Positions 15,001 through 31,300 of a stretch of 64,000 nucleotides of DNA are shown piece after piece. Each line of letters begins with the position of its first letter. The stretch's first letter is position 1. Both the position numbers and the translations under genes were made by a program. The notes beneath the pieces were generated by a model. The model was not told where the DNA came from, ran no database searches, and saw only the letters and a program-made list of their open reading frames with translations. The stretch covers positions 5,704,001 through 5,768,000 of the forward strand of contig JBNRSN020000031.1 in the NCBI GenBank assembly GCA_051313645.2, given 5' to 3'. The stretch is from Centroscyllium fabricii. Lineage: Eukaryota.

Positions 15001-16370
15001 TATTATATTCACGTAATCACATGCTGAGTTATCATTGGCCACAGGCATCTGTAAAGACTACCTATTATATTCACGTAATCACATGCTGAGTTATCATTGG
15101 CACACAGGCATCTGTAAGGACTACCTTTTATATTCACATAATCACATGCTGAATTATCATTGACCCACAGGCATCTGTAAGGACAACCTGTTATATTCAC
15201 GTAATCACATGCTGAGTTATCATTGGCCCACAGGCATCTGTAAGGACTACCTATTATATTCACGTAATCACATGCTGAGATATCATTGGCCCACAGGCAT
15301 CTGTAAGGACTACCTATTATATTCACGTAATCACATGCTGAGTTATCATTGGCCCACAGGCATCTGTAAGGACTACCTATTATATTCACGTAATCACATG
15401 CTGAATTATCATTGGCCCACAGTCATCTGCAAGGACTACCTATTATATTCACGTAATCACATGCTGAGTTATCATTGGCCCACAGGCATCTGTAAGGACT
15501 ACCTATTATATTCACGTAATCCAAGCTGAGATATCATTGGCCCACAGGCATCAGTAAGGAATACCGATTATATTCACGTAATCACATGCTAAGCTATCAT
15601 TGGCCCACAGGCATCTGTAAGGACTACTTATTATATTCACGTAATCACATGCTGAATTATCATTGGCCCACAGGCATCTGTAAGGACTACCTATTATATT
15701 CACGTAATCACATGCTGAGTTATCATTGGCCCACAGGCATCTGTAAGGAATACCTATTATATTCACGTAATCACATGCTGAGTTATCATTGGCCCACTGG
15801 CATCTGGAAGGACTACCTATTATATTCACGTAATCACATGCTGAATTATCATTGGACCAAAGTCATCTGTAAGGACTACTATTGTATTCACGTAATCACA
15901 TGCTGAGTTAACATTGGCCCACAGGCATCTCTAAGGACTACCTATTATATTTACGTAATCACATGCTGAGTTATCATTGGCCAACAGGCACCTGGAAGGA
16001 CTACCTTTTATATTCACGTAATCACATGCTGAGTTATCATTGGCCCACAGGCATCTGGAAGAACTACCAATTATATTCACGTAATCACATGCTGAATTAT
16101 CATTGGACCAAAGGCATCTGTAAGGACTACCTATTATATTCACGTAATGACATGTTGAGTTATCATTGGCCCACAGGAATCTGTAAGGACTACCTATTAA
16201 ATTCACGTAATCACAAGCTGAATTATCATTGCCCACAGGCATCTGTAAGGACTACCTATTATATCCACGTAATCACATGCTGAGTTATCATTGGCCCACT
16301 GGCATCTGTAAGGACTACTATTGTATTCACTTAACCACATGCTGAGTTATCTTTGGCCGCAGGCATCTGT
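1..16370. repeat. Higher-order repeat: two tandem near-identical copies of an ~8288-bp unit (about 132 monomers)
   Basis: Position 1 matches 8289. Diagnostic variants and pseudo-ORFs recur at +8288 (370/8658, 702/8990, 1331/9619) and at +8289 after a 1-bp insertion near 10035 (3150/11439, 5976/14265, 7674/15963). Co-linearity is lost near 16370; the right boundary is approximate. Confidence 0.93.
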
Positions 16371-16699
16371 AAGGACCACCTATTATATTCATGTAATCAC
16401 ATGCTGAGTTATCATTGGCCCACAGGCATCTGTAAGGAATACTATTGTAATCACGTAACCAAATGCTGAGTTATCATTGGCCCACAGGCATCTGTAAGGA
16501 CTACTATTGCATTCAAGTAATCACATGCTGAGTTATCATTGGCCCGCAGGCATCTGTAAGGTATACCTATTATATTCACGTAATCACACGCTGAGTTATC
16601 ATTGGCCCACAGGCATCTGTAAGGACTACTATTATACTCACGTAATCACATGCTGAGTTATCATTGGCCCACTGGCATTTTTAAGGACGACTATTGTAT

Positions 16700-19600
16700 T
16701 CCCGTAATCAAATGCTGAGTTATCATTGGCCCCCAGGCATCTGTATTGTCTACTATTGTATTCACGTAATCACATGCTGAGTTATCATTGGCCCACAGGC
16801 ATCTGTAAGGACTACTTATTATATTCAAGTAATCACATGCTGAGTTATCATTGGCCCACAGGCATCTGGAAGGACTACCTATTATATTCACGTAATCACC
16901 TGCTGAGTTATCATTGGCCCACAGGCATCTGTAAGGACTACCTATTATATTCAGGTAATCACATGCTGAATTATCATTGGCCCACAGGCATCTGTAAGGA
17001 CTACCTATTATATTCACGTAATCACATGCTGAGTTATCATTGGCCCGCAGGCATCTGCAAGGACTACCTATTATATTCACGTAATCACATGCTGAGTTAT
17101 CATTGGCCACAGGCATCTGTAAAGACTACCTATTATATTGACGTAATCACATGCTGAGTTTTCATTGGCCCACAGGCATCTGTAAGGACTACCTTTTATA
17201 TTCACGTAATCACATGCTAAATTATCATTGGCCCACAGGCATCTCTAAGGACTACCTTTTATATTCACGTAAACACATGCTGAATTATCATTGGCCTACA
17301 GCAATCTGTACGGACTTCCTATTATATTCACGTAATCACATGCTGAGTTATCATTGGCCCACAGGCATCTGTAAGGACTACCTATTATATTCACGTAATC
17401 ACATGCTGAGATATCATTGGCCCACACGCATCTGTAAGGACTACTTATTATATTCACGTAATCACATGCTAAGTTATCATTGGCCCACAGGCATCTGTAA
17501 GGACTACCTTATATATTCACGTAATCACATGCTGAATTATCATTGGCCCACAGGCATCTGTAAGGACTACCTATTATATTCACGTAATCACATGCTGAGT
17601 TATCATTGGCCCGCAGGCATCTGTAAGGACTACCAATTATATTCACGTGATCACATGCTGAGTTATCATTGGCCCACAGGCATCTGTAAGGACTACTATT
17701 GTAATCACGTAACCAAATGCTGAGTTATCATTGGCCCACAGGCATCTGTAAGGACTACTATTTTATTCAAGTAATCACATGCTGAGTTATCATTGGCCCG
17801 CAGGCATCTGTAAGGACTACTATTATATTCACATAATCACACGCTGAGTTATCATTGGCCAACAGGCATCTGTAAGGACTACTATTATATTCACGTAATC
17901 ACATGCTGAGTTATCATTGGCCCACTGGCATCGGTAAGGACGACTATTGTATTCACGTAATCAAATGCTGAGTTATCATTGGCCCCCAGGCATCTGTATG
18001 GTCTACTATTGTATTCACGTAATCACATGCTGAGTTATCATTGGCCCGCATGCATCTGTAAGGACTACCTATTATATTCACGTAATCGCTTGCTGAGTTA
18101 TCATTGGCACACAAGCATCTGTAAGGACTATCTATTATAATCACGTAATCACATGCTGAGTTATCATTGGCCCACAGGCATCTGTAAGGACTACCTATTA
18201 TATTCACGTAATCACATGCTGAGTTATCATTGGCCAACAGGCATCTGTAAGGACTACCAATTATATTCACGTTATCATATGCTGAGTTATCATCGGCCAA
18301 CAGACATCTGTAAGGACTACCTATTGTATTCAAGTAATCACATGCTGAGTTATCATTGGCCCACAGGCACCTGGAAGGACTACCTATTATATTCACGTAA
18401 TCACATGCTGAGTTATCATTGGCCCACAGGCATCTGAAAGGACTACCTATTATATTCAGGTAATCACATGCTGAATTATCATTGGCCCACAGGCATCTGT
18501 AAGGACTACCTATTATATTCACGTAATCACATGCTGAGTTATCATTGGCCGGCAGGCATCTGCAAGGACTACCTATTATATTCACGTAATCACATGCTGA
18601 GTTATCATTGGCCACAGGCATCTGTAAAGACTACCTATTATATTCACGTAATCACATGCTGAGTTATCATTGGCCCACAGGCATCTGGAAGGACTACCTA
18701 TTATATTCACGTAATCACATGCTGAGTTATCATTGGCCAACAGGCATCTGTAAGGACTACCTATTATATTCAGGTAATAACATGCTGAATTATCATTGGC
18801 CCACAGGCATCTGTAAGGACTACCTATTATATTCACGTTATCACATGCTGAGTTATCATTGGCCCGCAGGCATCTGTAAGGTCTATCTATTATATTCACG
18901 TAATCACATGCTGAGTTATCATTGGCCACAGGCATCTGTAAAGACTACCTATTATATTCACGTAATCACATGCTGAGTTATCATTGGCACACAGGCATCT
19001 GTAAGGACTACCTTTTATATTCACATAATCACATGCTGAATTATCATTGACCCACAGGCATCTGTAAGGACAACCTGTTATATTCACGTAATCACATGCT
19101 GAGTTATCATTGGCCCACAGGCATCTGTAAGGACAACCTATTATATTCACGTAATCACATGCTGAGATATCATTGGCCCACAGGCATCTGTAAGGACTAC
19201 ATATTATATTCACGTAATCACATGCTGAGTTATCATTGGCCCACAGGCATCTGTAAGGACTACCTATTATATTCAGGTAATCACATGCTGAATTATCATT
19301 GGCCCACAGGCATCTGTAAGGACTACCTATTATATTCACGTAATCACATGCTGAGTTATCATTGGCCCGCAGGCATCTGTAAGGACTATCTATTATATTC
19401 ACGTAATCACATGCTGAGTTATCTTTGGCCACAGGCATCTGTAAAGACTACCTATTATATTCACGTAATCACATGCTGAGTTATCATTGGCACACAGGCA
19501 TCTGTAAGGACTACCTTTTATATTCACATAATCACATGCTGAATTATCATTGACCCACAGGCATCTGTAAGGACAACCTGTTATATTCACGTAATCACAT

Positions 19601-22600
19601 GCTGAATTATCATTGGCCCACAGGCATCTGTAAGGACTAGCTATTATATTCACGCAATCACATGCTGAGTTATCATTGGCTCACAGGCATCTGTAAGGAC
19701 TACCTATTATATTCACGTAATCACATGCAGAGTTATCATTGGCCCACTGGCATCTGGAAGGACTACCTATTATATTCACGTAATCACATGCTGAATTATC
19801 ATTGGACCAAAGTCATCTGTAAGGACTACTATTGTATTCACGTAATCACATGCTGAGTTATCATTGGCCCACAGGCATCTGTAAGGTCTACTTATTATAT
19901 TCACGTAATCACATGCTGAGTTATCATTGGCCCACAGGCATCTGGAAGGACTACATATTATATTCACGTAATCACATGCTGAGTTATCATTGGCCCACAG
20001 GCATCTGTAAGGACTACCTATTATATTCAGGTAATCACATGCTGAATTATCATTGGCCCACAGGCATCTGTAAGGACTACCTATTATATTCACGTAATCA
20101 CATGCTGAGTTATCATTGGCCCGCAGGCATCTGCAAGGACTACCTAATATATTCACGTAATCACATGCTGAGTTATCATTGGCCACAGGCATCTGTAAAG
20201 ACTACCTATTATATTCACGTAATCACATGCTGAGTTATCATTGGCCCACAGGCATCTGTAAGGACTACCTTTTATATTCACGTAATCACATGCTGAATTA
20301 TCATTGGCCCACAGGCATCTGTAAGGACTACCTTTTATATTCACGTAATCACATGCTGAATTATCATTGGCCTACAGCAATCTGTAAGGACTTCCTATTA
20401 TATTCACGTAATCACATGCTGAGTTATCATTGGCCCACAGGCATCTGTAAGGACTACCTATTATATTCACGTAATCACATGCTGAGATATCATTGGCCCA
20501 CAGGCATCTGTAAGGACTACCTATTATATTCACGTAATCACATGCTAAGTTATCATTGGCCCACAGGCATCTGTAAGGACTACCTTATATATTCACGTAA
20601 TCACATGCTGAATTATCATTGGCCCACAGGCATCTGTAAGGACTACCTATTATATTCACGTAATCTCATGCTGAGTTATCATTGGCCCGCAGGCATCTGT
20701 AAGGACTACCAATTATATTCACGTGATCACATGCTGAGTTATCATTGGCCCACAGGCATCTGTAAGGACTACTATTGTAATCACGTAACCAAATGCTGAG
20801 TTATCATTGGCCCACAGGCATCTGTAAGGACTACTATTGTATTCAAGTAATCACATGCTGAGTTATCATTGGCCCGCAGGCATCTGTAAGGACTACCTAT
20901 TATATTCACGTAATCACACGCTGAGTTATCATTGGCCCACAGGCATCTGTAAGGACTACTATTATATTCACGTAATCACATGCTGAGTTATCATTGGCCC
21001 ACTGGCATCGGTAAGGACGACTATTGTATTCACGTAATCATATGCCGAGTTATCATTGGCCCTCAGGCATCTGTAAGGACTACCTATTATATTCACGTAA
21101 TCGCATGCTGAGTTATCATTGGCACACAAGCATCTGTAAGGACTACCTATTATAATCACGTAATCACATGCTGAGTTATCATTGGCCCACAGGCATCTGT
21201 AAGGACTACCTATTATATTCACGTAATCACATGCTGAGTTATCATTGGCCAACAGGCATCTGTAAGGACTATCAATTATATTCACGTTATCATATGCTGA
21301 GTTATCATCGGCCAACAGACATCTGTAAGGACTACCTATTGTATTCAAGTAATCACATGCTGAGTTATCATTGGCCCACAGGCATCTGGAAGGACTACCT
21401 ATTATATTCACGTAATCACATGCTGAGTTATCATTGGCCCACAGGCATCTGTAAGGACTACCAATTATATTCAGGTAATCACATGCTGAATTATCATTGG
21501 CCCACAGGCATCTGTAAGGACTACCTATTATATTCACGTAATCACATGCTGAGTTATCGTTGGCCCGCAGGCATCTGCAAGGACTACCTATTATATTCAC
21601 GTAATCACATGCTGAGTTATCATTGGCCACAGGCATCTGTAAAGACTACCTATTATATTCACGTAATCACATGCTGAGTTATCATTGGCCCACAGGCATC
21701 TGGAAGGACTACCTATTATATTCACGTAATCACATGCTGAGTTATCATTGGCCCACAGGCATCTGTAAGGACTACCTATTATATTCAGGTAATCACATGC
21801 TGAATTATCATTGGCCCACAAGCATCTGTAAGGACTACCTATTATATTCACGTTATCACATGCTGAGTTATCATTGGCCCGCAGGCATCTGTAAGGACTA
21901 TCTATTATATTCACGTAATCACATGCTGAGTTATCATTGGCCACAGGCATCTGTAAAGACTACCTATTATATTCACGTAATCACATGCTGAGTTATCATT
22001 GGCACACAGGCATCTGTAAGGACTACCTTTTATATTCACATAATCACATGCTGAATTATCATTGACCCACAGGCATCTGTAAGGACAACCTGTTATATTC
22101 ACGTAGTCACATGCTGAGTTATCATTGGCCCACAGGCATCTGTAAGGACAACATATTATATTCACGTAATCACATGCTGAGATATCATTGGCCCACAGGC
22201 ATCTGTAAGGACTACCTATTATATTCACGTAATCACATGCTGAGTTATCATTGGCCCACAGGCATCTGTAAGGACTACCAATTATATTCAGGTAATCAAA
22301 TGCAGAATTATCATTGGCCCACAGGCATCTGTAAGGACTACCTTTTATATTCACGTAATCACATGCTGAGTTATCATTGGCCCGCAGGCATCTGTAAGGA
22401 CTATCTATTATATTCACGTAATCACATGCTGAGTTATCATTGGCCCACAGGCATCTGTAAAGACTACCTATTATATTCACGTAATCACATGCTGAGTTAT
22501 CATTGGCACACAGGCATCTGTAAGGACTACCTTTTATATTCACATAATCACATGCTGAATTATCATTGACCCACAGGCATCTGTAAGGACAACCTGTTAT

Positions 22601-25600
22601 ATTCACGTAATCACATGCTGAGTTATCATTGGCCCACAGGCATCTGTAAGGACTACCTATTATATTCACGTAATCACTTGCTGAGATATCATTGGCCCAC
22701 AGGCATCTGTAAGGACTACCTATTATATTCACGTAATCACATGCTGAGTTATCATTGGCCCACAGGCATCTGGAAGGTCTACCTATTATATTCACGTAAT
22801 CACATGCTGAATTATCATTGGCCCACAGTCATCTGTAAGGACTACCTATTATATTCACGTAATCACATGCTGAGTTATCATTGGCCCACAGGCATCTGTA
22901 AGGACTACCTGTTATATTCACGTAATCCAAGCTGAGATATCATTGGCCCACTGGCATCTGTAAGGACTACCGATTATATTCACGTAATCACATGCTAATT
23001 ATCATTGGCCCACAGGCATCTGTAAGGACTACCTATTATATTCACGTAATCACATGCTGAATTATCATTGGCCCACAGGCATCTGTAAGGACTACCTATT
23101 ATATTCACGTAATCACATGCTGAGTTATCATTGGCCCACAGGCATCTGTAAGGACTACCTATTATATTCACGTAATCACATGCTGAGTTATCATTGGCCC
23201 ACTGGCATCTGGAAGGACTACCTATTATATTCACGTAATCACATGCTGAATTATCATTGGACCAAAGTCATCTGTAAGGACTACTATTGTATTCACGTAA
23301 TCACATGCTGAGTTATCATTGGCTCACAGGCATCTGTAAGGACTACTTATTATATTCACGTAATCACATGCGGAGTTATCATTGGCGCACAGGCATCTGG
23401 AAGGACTACCTATTATATTCACGTAATCACATGCTGAGTTATCATTGGCCCACAGGCATCTGTAAGGACTACCTATTATATTCAGGTAATCACATGCTGA
23501 ATTATCATTGGCCCACAGGCATCTGTAAGGACTACCTATTATATTCACGTAATCACATGCTGAGTTATCATTGGCCCGCAGGCATCTGCAAGGACTACCT
23601 ATTATATTCACGTAATCACATGCTGAGTTATCATTGGCCACAGGCATCTGTAAAGACTACCTATTATATTCACGTAATCACATGCTGAGTTATCATTGGC
23701 CCACAGGCATCTGTAAGGACTACCTTTTATATTCACGTAATCACATGCTGAATTATCATTGGCCCACAGGCATCTGTAAGGACTACCTTTTATATTCACG
23801 TAATCACATGCTGAATTATCATTGGCCTACAGCAATCTGTAAGGACTTCCTATTATATTCACGTAATCACATGCTGAGTTATCATTGGCCCACAGGCATC
23901 TGTAAGGACTACCTATTATATTCACGTAATCACATGCTGAGATATCATTGGCCCACAGGCATCTGTAAGGACTAACTATTATATTCACGTAATCACATGC
24001 TAAGTTATCATTGGCCCACAGGCATCTGTAAGGACTACCTTATATATTCACGTAATCACATGCTGAATTATCATTGGCCCACAGGCATCTGTAAGGACTA
24101 CCTATTATATTCACGTAATCACATGCTGAGTTATCATTGGCCCGCAGGCATCTGTAAGGACTACCAATTATATTCACGTGATCACATGCTGAGTTATCAT
24201 TGGCCCACAGGCATCTGTAAGGACTATTATTGTAATCACGTAACCAAATGCTGAGTTATCATTGGCCCACAGGCATCTGTAAGGACTACTATTGTATTCA
24301 AGTAATCACATGCTGAGTTATCATTGGCCCGCAGGCATCTGTAAGGACTACCTATTATATTCACGTAATCACACGCTGAGTAATCGTTGGCCCACAGGCA
24401 TCTGTAAGGACTACTATTATATTCACGTAATCACATGCTGAGTTATCATTGGCCCACTGGCATCGGTAAGGACGACTATTGTATTCACGTAATCAAATGC
24501 TGAGTTATCATTGCCCCCAGGCATCTGTATGGTCTACTATTGTGTTCACGTAATCACATGCTGAGTTATCATTGGCCCGCAGGCATCTGTAAGAACTATT
24601 ATTATATTCACGTAATCATATGCCGAGTTATCATTGGCCCTCAGGCATCTGTAAGGACTACCTATTATATTCACGTAATCGCATGCTGAGTTATCATTGG
24701 CACACAAGCATCTGTAAGGACTACCTATTATAATCACGTAATCACATGCTGAGTTATCATTGGCCCACAGGCATCTGTAAGGACTACCTATTATATTCAC
24801 GTAATCACATGCTGAGTTATCATTGGCCAACAAGCATCTGTAAGGACTACCAATTATATTCACGTTATCATATGCTGAGTTATCATCGGCCAACAGACAT
24901 CTGTAAGGACTACCTATTGTATTCAAGTAATCACATGCTGAGTTATCATTGGCCCACAGGCATCTGGAAGGACTACCTATTATATTCACGTAATCACATG
25001 CTGAGTTATCATTGGCCCACAGGCATCTGTAAGGACAACCTATTATATTCAGGTAATCACATGCTGAATTATCATTGGCCCACAGGCATCTGTAAGGACT
25101 ACCTATTATATTCACGTAATCACATGCTGAGTTATCATTGGCCCGCAGGCATCTGCAAGGACTACCTATTATATTCACGTAATCACATGCTGAGTTATCA
25201 TTGGCCACAGGCATCTGTAAAGACTACCTATTATATTCACGTAATCACATGCTGAGTTATCATTGGCCCACAGGCATCTGGAAGGACTACCTATTATATT
25301 CACGTAATCACATGCTGAGTTATCATTGGCCCACAGGCATCTGTAAGGACTACCTATTATATTCAGGTAATCACATGCTGAATTGTCATTGGCCCACAGG
25401 CATCTGTAAGGACTACCTATTATATTCACGTAATCACATGCTGAGTTATCATTGGCCCGCAGGCATCTGTAAGGACTATCTATTATATTCACGTAATCAC
25501 ATGCTGAGTTATCATTGGCCACAGGCATCTGTAAAGACTACCTATTATATTCACGTAATCACATGCTGAGTTATCATTGGCACACAGGCATCTGTAAGGA

Positions 25601-28300
25601 CTACCTTTTATATTCACATAATCACATGCTGAATTATCATTGACCCACAGGCATCTGTAAGGACAACCTGTTATATTCACGTAATCACATGCTGAGTTAT
25701 CATTGGCCCACAGGCATCTGTAAGGACTACCTATTATATTCACGTAATCACATGCTGAGATATCATTGGCCCACAGGCATCTGTAAGGACTACCTATTAT
25801 ATTCACGTAATCACATGCTGAGTTATCATTGGCCCACAGGCATCTGTAAGGACTACCTATTATATTCACGTAATCACATGCTGAATTATCATTGGCCCAC
25901 AGTCATCTGTAAGGACTACCTATTATATTCACGTAATCACATGCTGAGTTATCATTGGCCCACAGGCATCTGTAAGGACTACCTATTATATTCACGTAAT
26001 CCAAGCTGAGATATCATTGGCCCACAGGCATCTGTAAGGACTACCGATTATATTCACGTAATCACATGCTAAGTTATCATTGGCCCACAGGCATCTGTAA
26101 GGACTACCTATTATATTCACGTAATCACATGCTGAATTATCATTGGCCCACAGGCATCTGTAAGGACTACCTATTATATTCACGTAATCACATGCTGAGT
26201 TATCATTGGCCCACAGGCATCTGTAAGGACTACCTATTATATTCACATAATCACATGCTGAGTTATCATTGGCCCACTGGCATCTGGAAGGACTACCTAT
26301 TATATTCACGTAATCACATGCTGAATTATCATTGGACCAAAGTCATCTGTAAGGACTACTATTGTATTCACATAATCACATGCTGAGTTATCATTGGCCC
26401 ACAGGCATCTGTAAGGACTACTTATTATATTCACGTAATCACATGCTGAGTTATCATTGGCGCACAGGCATCTGGAAGGACTACCTATTATATTCACGTA
26501 ATCACATGCTGAGTTATCATTGGCCCACAGGCATCTGTAAGGACTACCTATTATATTTAGGTAATCACATGCTGAATAATCATTGGCCCACAGGCATCTG
26601 TAAGGACTACCTATTATATTCACGTAATCACATGCTGAGTTATCATTGGCCCGCAGGCATCTGCAAGGACTACCTATTATATTCACGTAATCACATGCTG
26701 AGTTATCATTGGCCACAGGCATCTGTAAAGACTACCTATTATATTCACGTAATCACATGCTGAGTTATCATTGGCCCACAGGCATCTGTAAGGACTACCT
26801 TTTATATTCACGTAATCACATGCTGAATTATCATTGGCCCACAGGCATCTGTAAGGACTCCCTTTTATATTCACGTAATCACATGCTGAATTATCATTGG
26901 CCTACAGCAATCTGTAAGGACTTCCTATTATATTCACGTAATCACATGCTGAGTTATCATTGGCCCACAGGCATCTGTAAGGACTACCTATTATATTCAC
27001 GTAATCACATGCTGAGATATTATTGGCCCACAGGCATCTGTAAGGACTACCTATTATATTCACGTAATCACATGCTAAGATATCATTGGCCCACAGGCAT
27101 CTGGAAGGACTACCTATTATATTCACGTAAAAACATGCTGAATTATCATTGGCCCACAGGCATCTGTAAGGGCTACCTATTATATTCACGTAATCACATG
27201 CTGAGTTATCATTGGCGCGCAGGCATCTGTAAGGACTACCAATTATATTCACGTGATCACATGCTGAGTTATCATTGGCCCACAGGCATCTGTAAGGACT
27301 ACTATTGTAATCACGTAACCAAATGCTGAGTTATCATTGGAAGACAGGCATCTGTAAGGACTACTATTGTATTCAAGTAATCACATGCTGAGTTATCATT
27401 GGCCCGCAGGCATCTGTAAGGACTACCTATTATATTCACGTAATCACACGCTGAGTTATCATTGGCCCACAGGCATCTGTAAGGACTACTATTATATTCA
27501 CTTAATCACATGCTGAGTTATCATTGGCCCACTGGCATCTGTATGGTCTACTATTGTATTCACGTAATCACATGCTGAGTTATCATTGGCCCGCAGGCAT
27601 TTGTAAGAACTACTATTATATTCACGTAATCATATGCCGAGTTATCATTGGCCCTCAGGCATCTGTAAGGACTACCTATTATATTCACGTAATCGCATGC
27701 TGAGTTATCATTGGCACACAAGCATCTGTAAGGACTACCTATTATAATCACATAATCACATGCTGAGTTATCATTGGCCCACAGGCATCTGTAAGGACTA
27801 CCTATTATATTCACGTAATCACATGCTGAGTTATCATTGGCCAACAGGCATCTGTAACGACTACCAATTATATTCACGTTATCATATGCTGAGTTATCAT
27901 CGGCCAACAGACATCTGTAAGGACTACCTATTGTTTTCAAGTAATCACATGCTGAGCTATCATTGGCCCACAGGCATCTGGAAGGACTACCTATTATATT
28001 CACGTAATCACATGCTGAGTTATCATTGGCCCACAGGCATCTGTAAGGACTACCTATTATATTCAGGTAATCACATGCTGAATTATCATTGTCCCACAGG
28101 CATCTGTAAGGACTACCTATTATATTCACGTAATCACATGCTGAGTTATCATTGGCCCGCAGTCATCTGCAAGGACTACCTATTATATTCACGTAATCAC
28201 ATGCTGAGTTATCATTGGCCACAGGCATCTGTAAAGACTACCTATTATATTCACGTAATCACATGCTGAGTTATCATTGGCCCACAGGCATCTTTAAGGA
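16700..28300. repeat. Irregular ~3.0-3.6-kb higher-order units of the satellite
   Basis: The same variant strings (e.g. GGCCTACAGCAATC, TCACGTGATC, GGCACACAAGC) recur. Pseudo-ORF offsets are 18608/21623 (3015), 21623/25201 (3578), 20179/23634 (3455) and 23634/26709 (3075). Boundaries are approximate. Confidence 0.75.
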
Positions 28301-31300
28301 CTACCTTTTATATTCACGTAATCACATGCTGAATTATCATTGGCCCACAGGCATCTGTAAGGACAACCTGTTATATTCTCGTAATCACATGCTGAGTTAT
28401 CATTGGCCCACAGGCATCTGTAAGGACTACCTATTATATTCACGTAATCACATGCTGAGTTATCATTGGCCCACAGGCATCTGGAAGGACTACCTATTAT
28501 ATTCACGTAATCACATGCTGAGTTATCATTGGCCCACTGGCATCTGTAAGGCCTACCTGTTATATAGACGTAATCACATGCTGAGTTATCATTGGCCCAC
28601 AGGCATTTGTAAGGACTACCTATTATATTCACGTAATCACATGCTGAGTTATCATGGGCCCACAGGCATCTGTAAGGGCTACCTTTTATATTCACGTAAT
28701 CACATGCTGAATTATCATTGGCCCACAGCAATCTGTAAGGACTTCCTATTATATTCACGTAATCACATGCTGAGATATCATTGGCCCACAGGCATCTGTA
28801 AGGACTACCTATTATATTCACGTAATCACATGCTGAGTTATCATTGGCCCACAGGCATCTGTAAGGACTACTATTGTAATCACGTAACCAAATGCTGAGT
28901 TATCATTGGCCCACAGGCATCTGTAAGGACTACTATTGTATTCAAGTAATCACATGCTGAGTTATCATTGGCCCGCAGGCATCTGTAAGGACTACCTATT
29001 ATATTCACCTAATCACACGCTGAGTTATCATTGGCCCACAGGCATCTGTAAGGACTACTATTATATTCACGTAATCACATGCTGAGTTATCATTGGCCCA
29101 CTGGCATCTGTAAGGACGACTATTGTATTCACGTAATCAAATGCTGAGTTATCATTGGCCCCCAGGCATCTGTAAGGACTACCTATTATATTCAGGTAAT
29201 CACATGCTGAATTATCATTGGCCCACAGGCATCTGTAAGGACTACCTATTATATTCATGTAATCACATGCTGAGTTATCATTGGCCCGCAGGCATCTGCA
29301 AGGACTACCTATTATATTCACGTAATCACATGCTGAGTTATCATTGGCCCACAGGCATCTGTAAGGACTACCTATTATATTCACGTAATCACATGCTGAG
29401 TTATCATTGGCCCGCAGGCATCTGCAAGGACTACCTATTACATTTACGTAATCACATGCTGAGTTATCATTGGCCAAAGGCATCTGTAAAGACTACCTAT
29501 TATATTCACGTAATCACATGCTGAGTTATCATTGGCCCACAGTCATCTTTAAGGACTACCTTTTATATTCACGTAATCACATGCTGAATTATCATTGGCC
29601 CACAGGCATCTGTAAGGACAACCTGTTATATTCACGTAATCACATGCTGAGTTATCATTGGCCCACAGGCATCTGTAAGGACTACCTATTATATTCACGT
29701 AATCACATGCTGAGATATCATTGGCCCACAGGCATCTGTAAGGACTACCTATTATATTCACGTAATCACATGCTGAGTTATCATCGGCCCACAGGCATCT
29801 GTAAGGACTAACTATTATATTCACGTAATCACATGCTGAATTTTCATTTGCCCAAAGTCATTTGTAAGGACTACCTATTATATTCACGTAATCACATGCT
29901 GAGTTATCATTGGCCGACAGGCATCTGTAAAGATTACCTATTATATTCACGTAATCAAAGCTGAGATATAATTGGCCCACAGGCATCTGTAAGGACTACC
30001 GATTATATTCACGTAATCACATGCTGAGTTATCATTGGCCAACAGGCATCTGTAAGGACTACCTATTATATTCACATAATCACATGCTGAGTTATCATTG
30101 GCCAACAGGCATCTGTAAGGACTACCAATTATATTCACGTAATCATATGCTGAGATATCATCGGCCAACAGGCATCTGTAAGGACTACCTATTGTATTCA
30201 AGTAATCACATGCTGAGTTATCATTGGCCCACAGGCATCTGGAAGGACTGCCTATTATATTCACGTAATCACATGCTGAATTATCATTGGACCAAAGGCA
30301 TCTGTAAGGACAGCATATTATATTCACGTAATCACATGTTGAGTTATCATTGGCCCACAGGCATCTGTAAGGACTACTATTGTATTCAAGTAATCACATG
30401 CTGAGTTATCATTGGCCCGCAGGCATCTGTAAGGACTACCTATTATATTCACCTAATCACACGCTGAGTTATCATTGGCCCACAGGCATCTGTAAGGACT
30501 ACTATTATATTCACGTAATCACATGCTGAGTTATCATTGGCCCACTGGCATCTGTAAGGACGACTATTGTTTTCACGTAATCAAATGCTGAGTTATCATT
30601 GGCCCCCAGGCATCTGTAAGGACTACCTATTATATTCAGGTAATCACATGCTGAATTATCATTGGCCCACAGGCATCTGTAAGGACTACCTATTATATTC
30701 ATGTAATCACATGCTGAGTTATCATTGGCCCGCAGGCATCTGCAAGGACTACCTATTATATTCACGTAATCACATGCTGAGTTATCATTGGCCCACAGGC
30801 ATCTGTAAGGACTACCTATTATATTCACGTAATCACATGCTGAGTTATCATTGGCCCGCAGGCATCTGCAAGGACTACCTATTATATTTACGTAATCACA
30901 TGCTGAGTTATCATTGGCCAAAGGCATCTGTAAAGACTACCTATTATATTCACGTAATCACATGCTGAGTTATCATTGGCCCACAGTCATCTTTAAGGAC
31001 TACCTTTTATATTCACGTAATCACATGCTGAATTATCATTGGCCCACAGGCATCTGTAAGGACAACCTGTTATATTCACGTAATCACATGCTGAGTTATC
31101 ATTGGCCCACAGGCATCTGTAAGGACTACCTATTATATTCACGTAATCACATGCTGAGATATCATTGGCCCACAGGCATCTGTAAGGACTACCTATTATA
31201 TTCACGTAATCACATGCTGAGTTATCATCGGCCCACAGGCATCTGTAAGGACTAACTATTATATTCACGTAATCACATGCTGAATTTTCATTTGCCCAAA

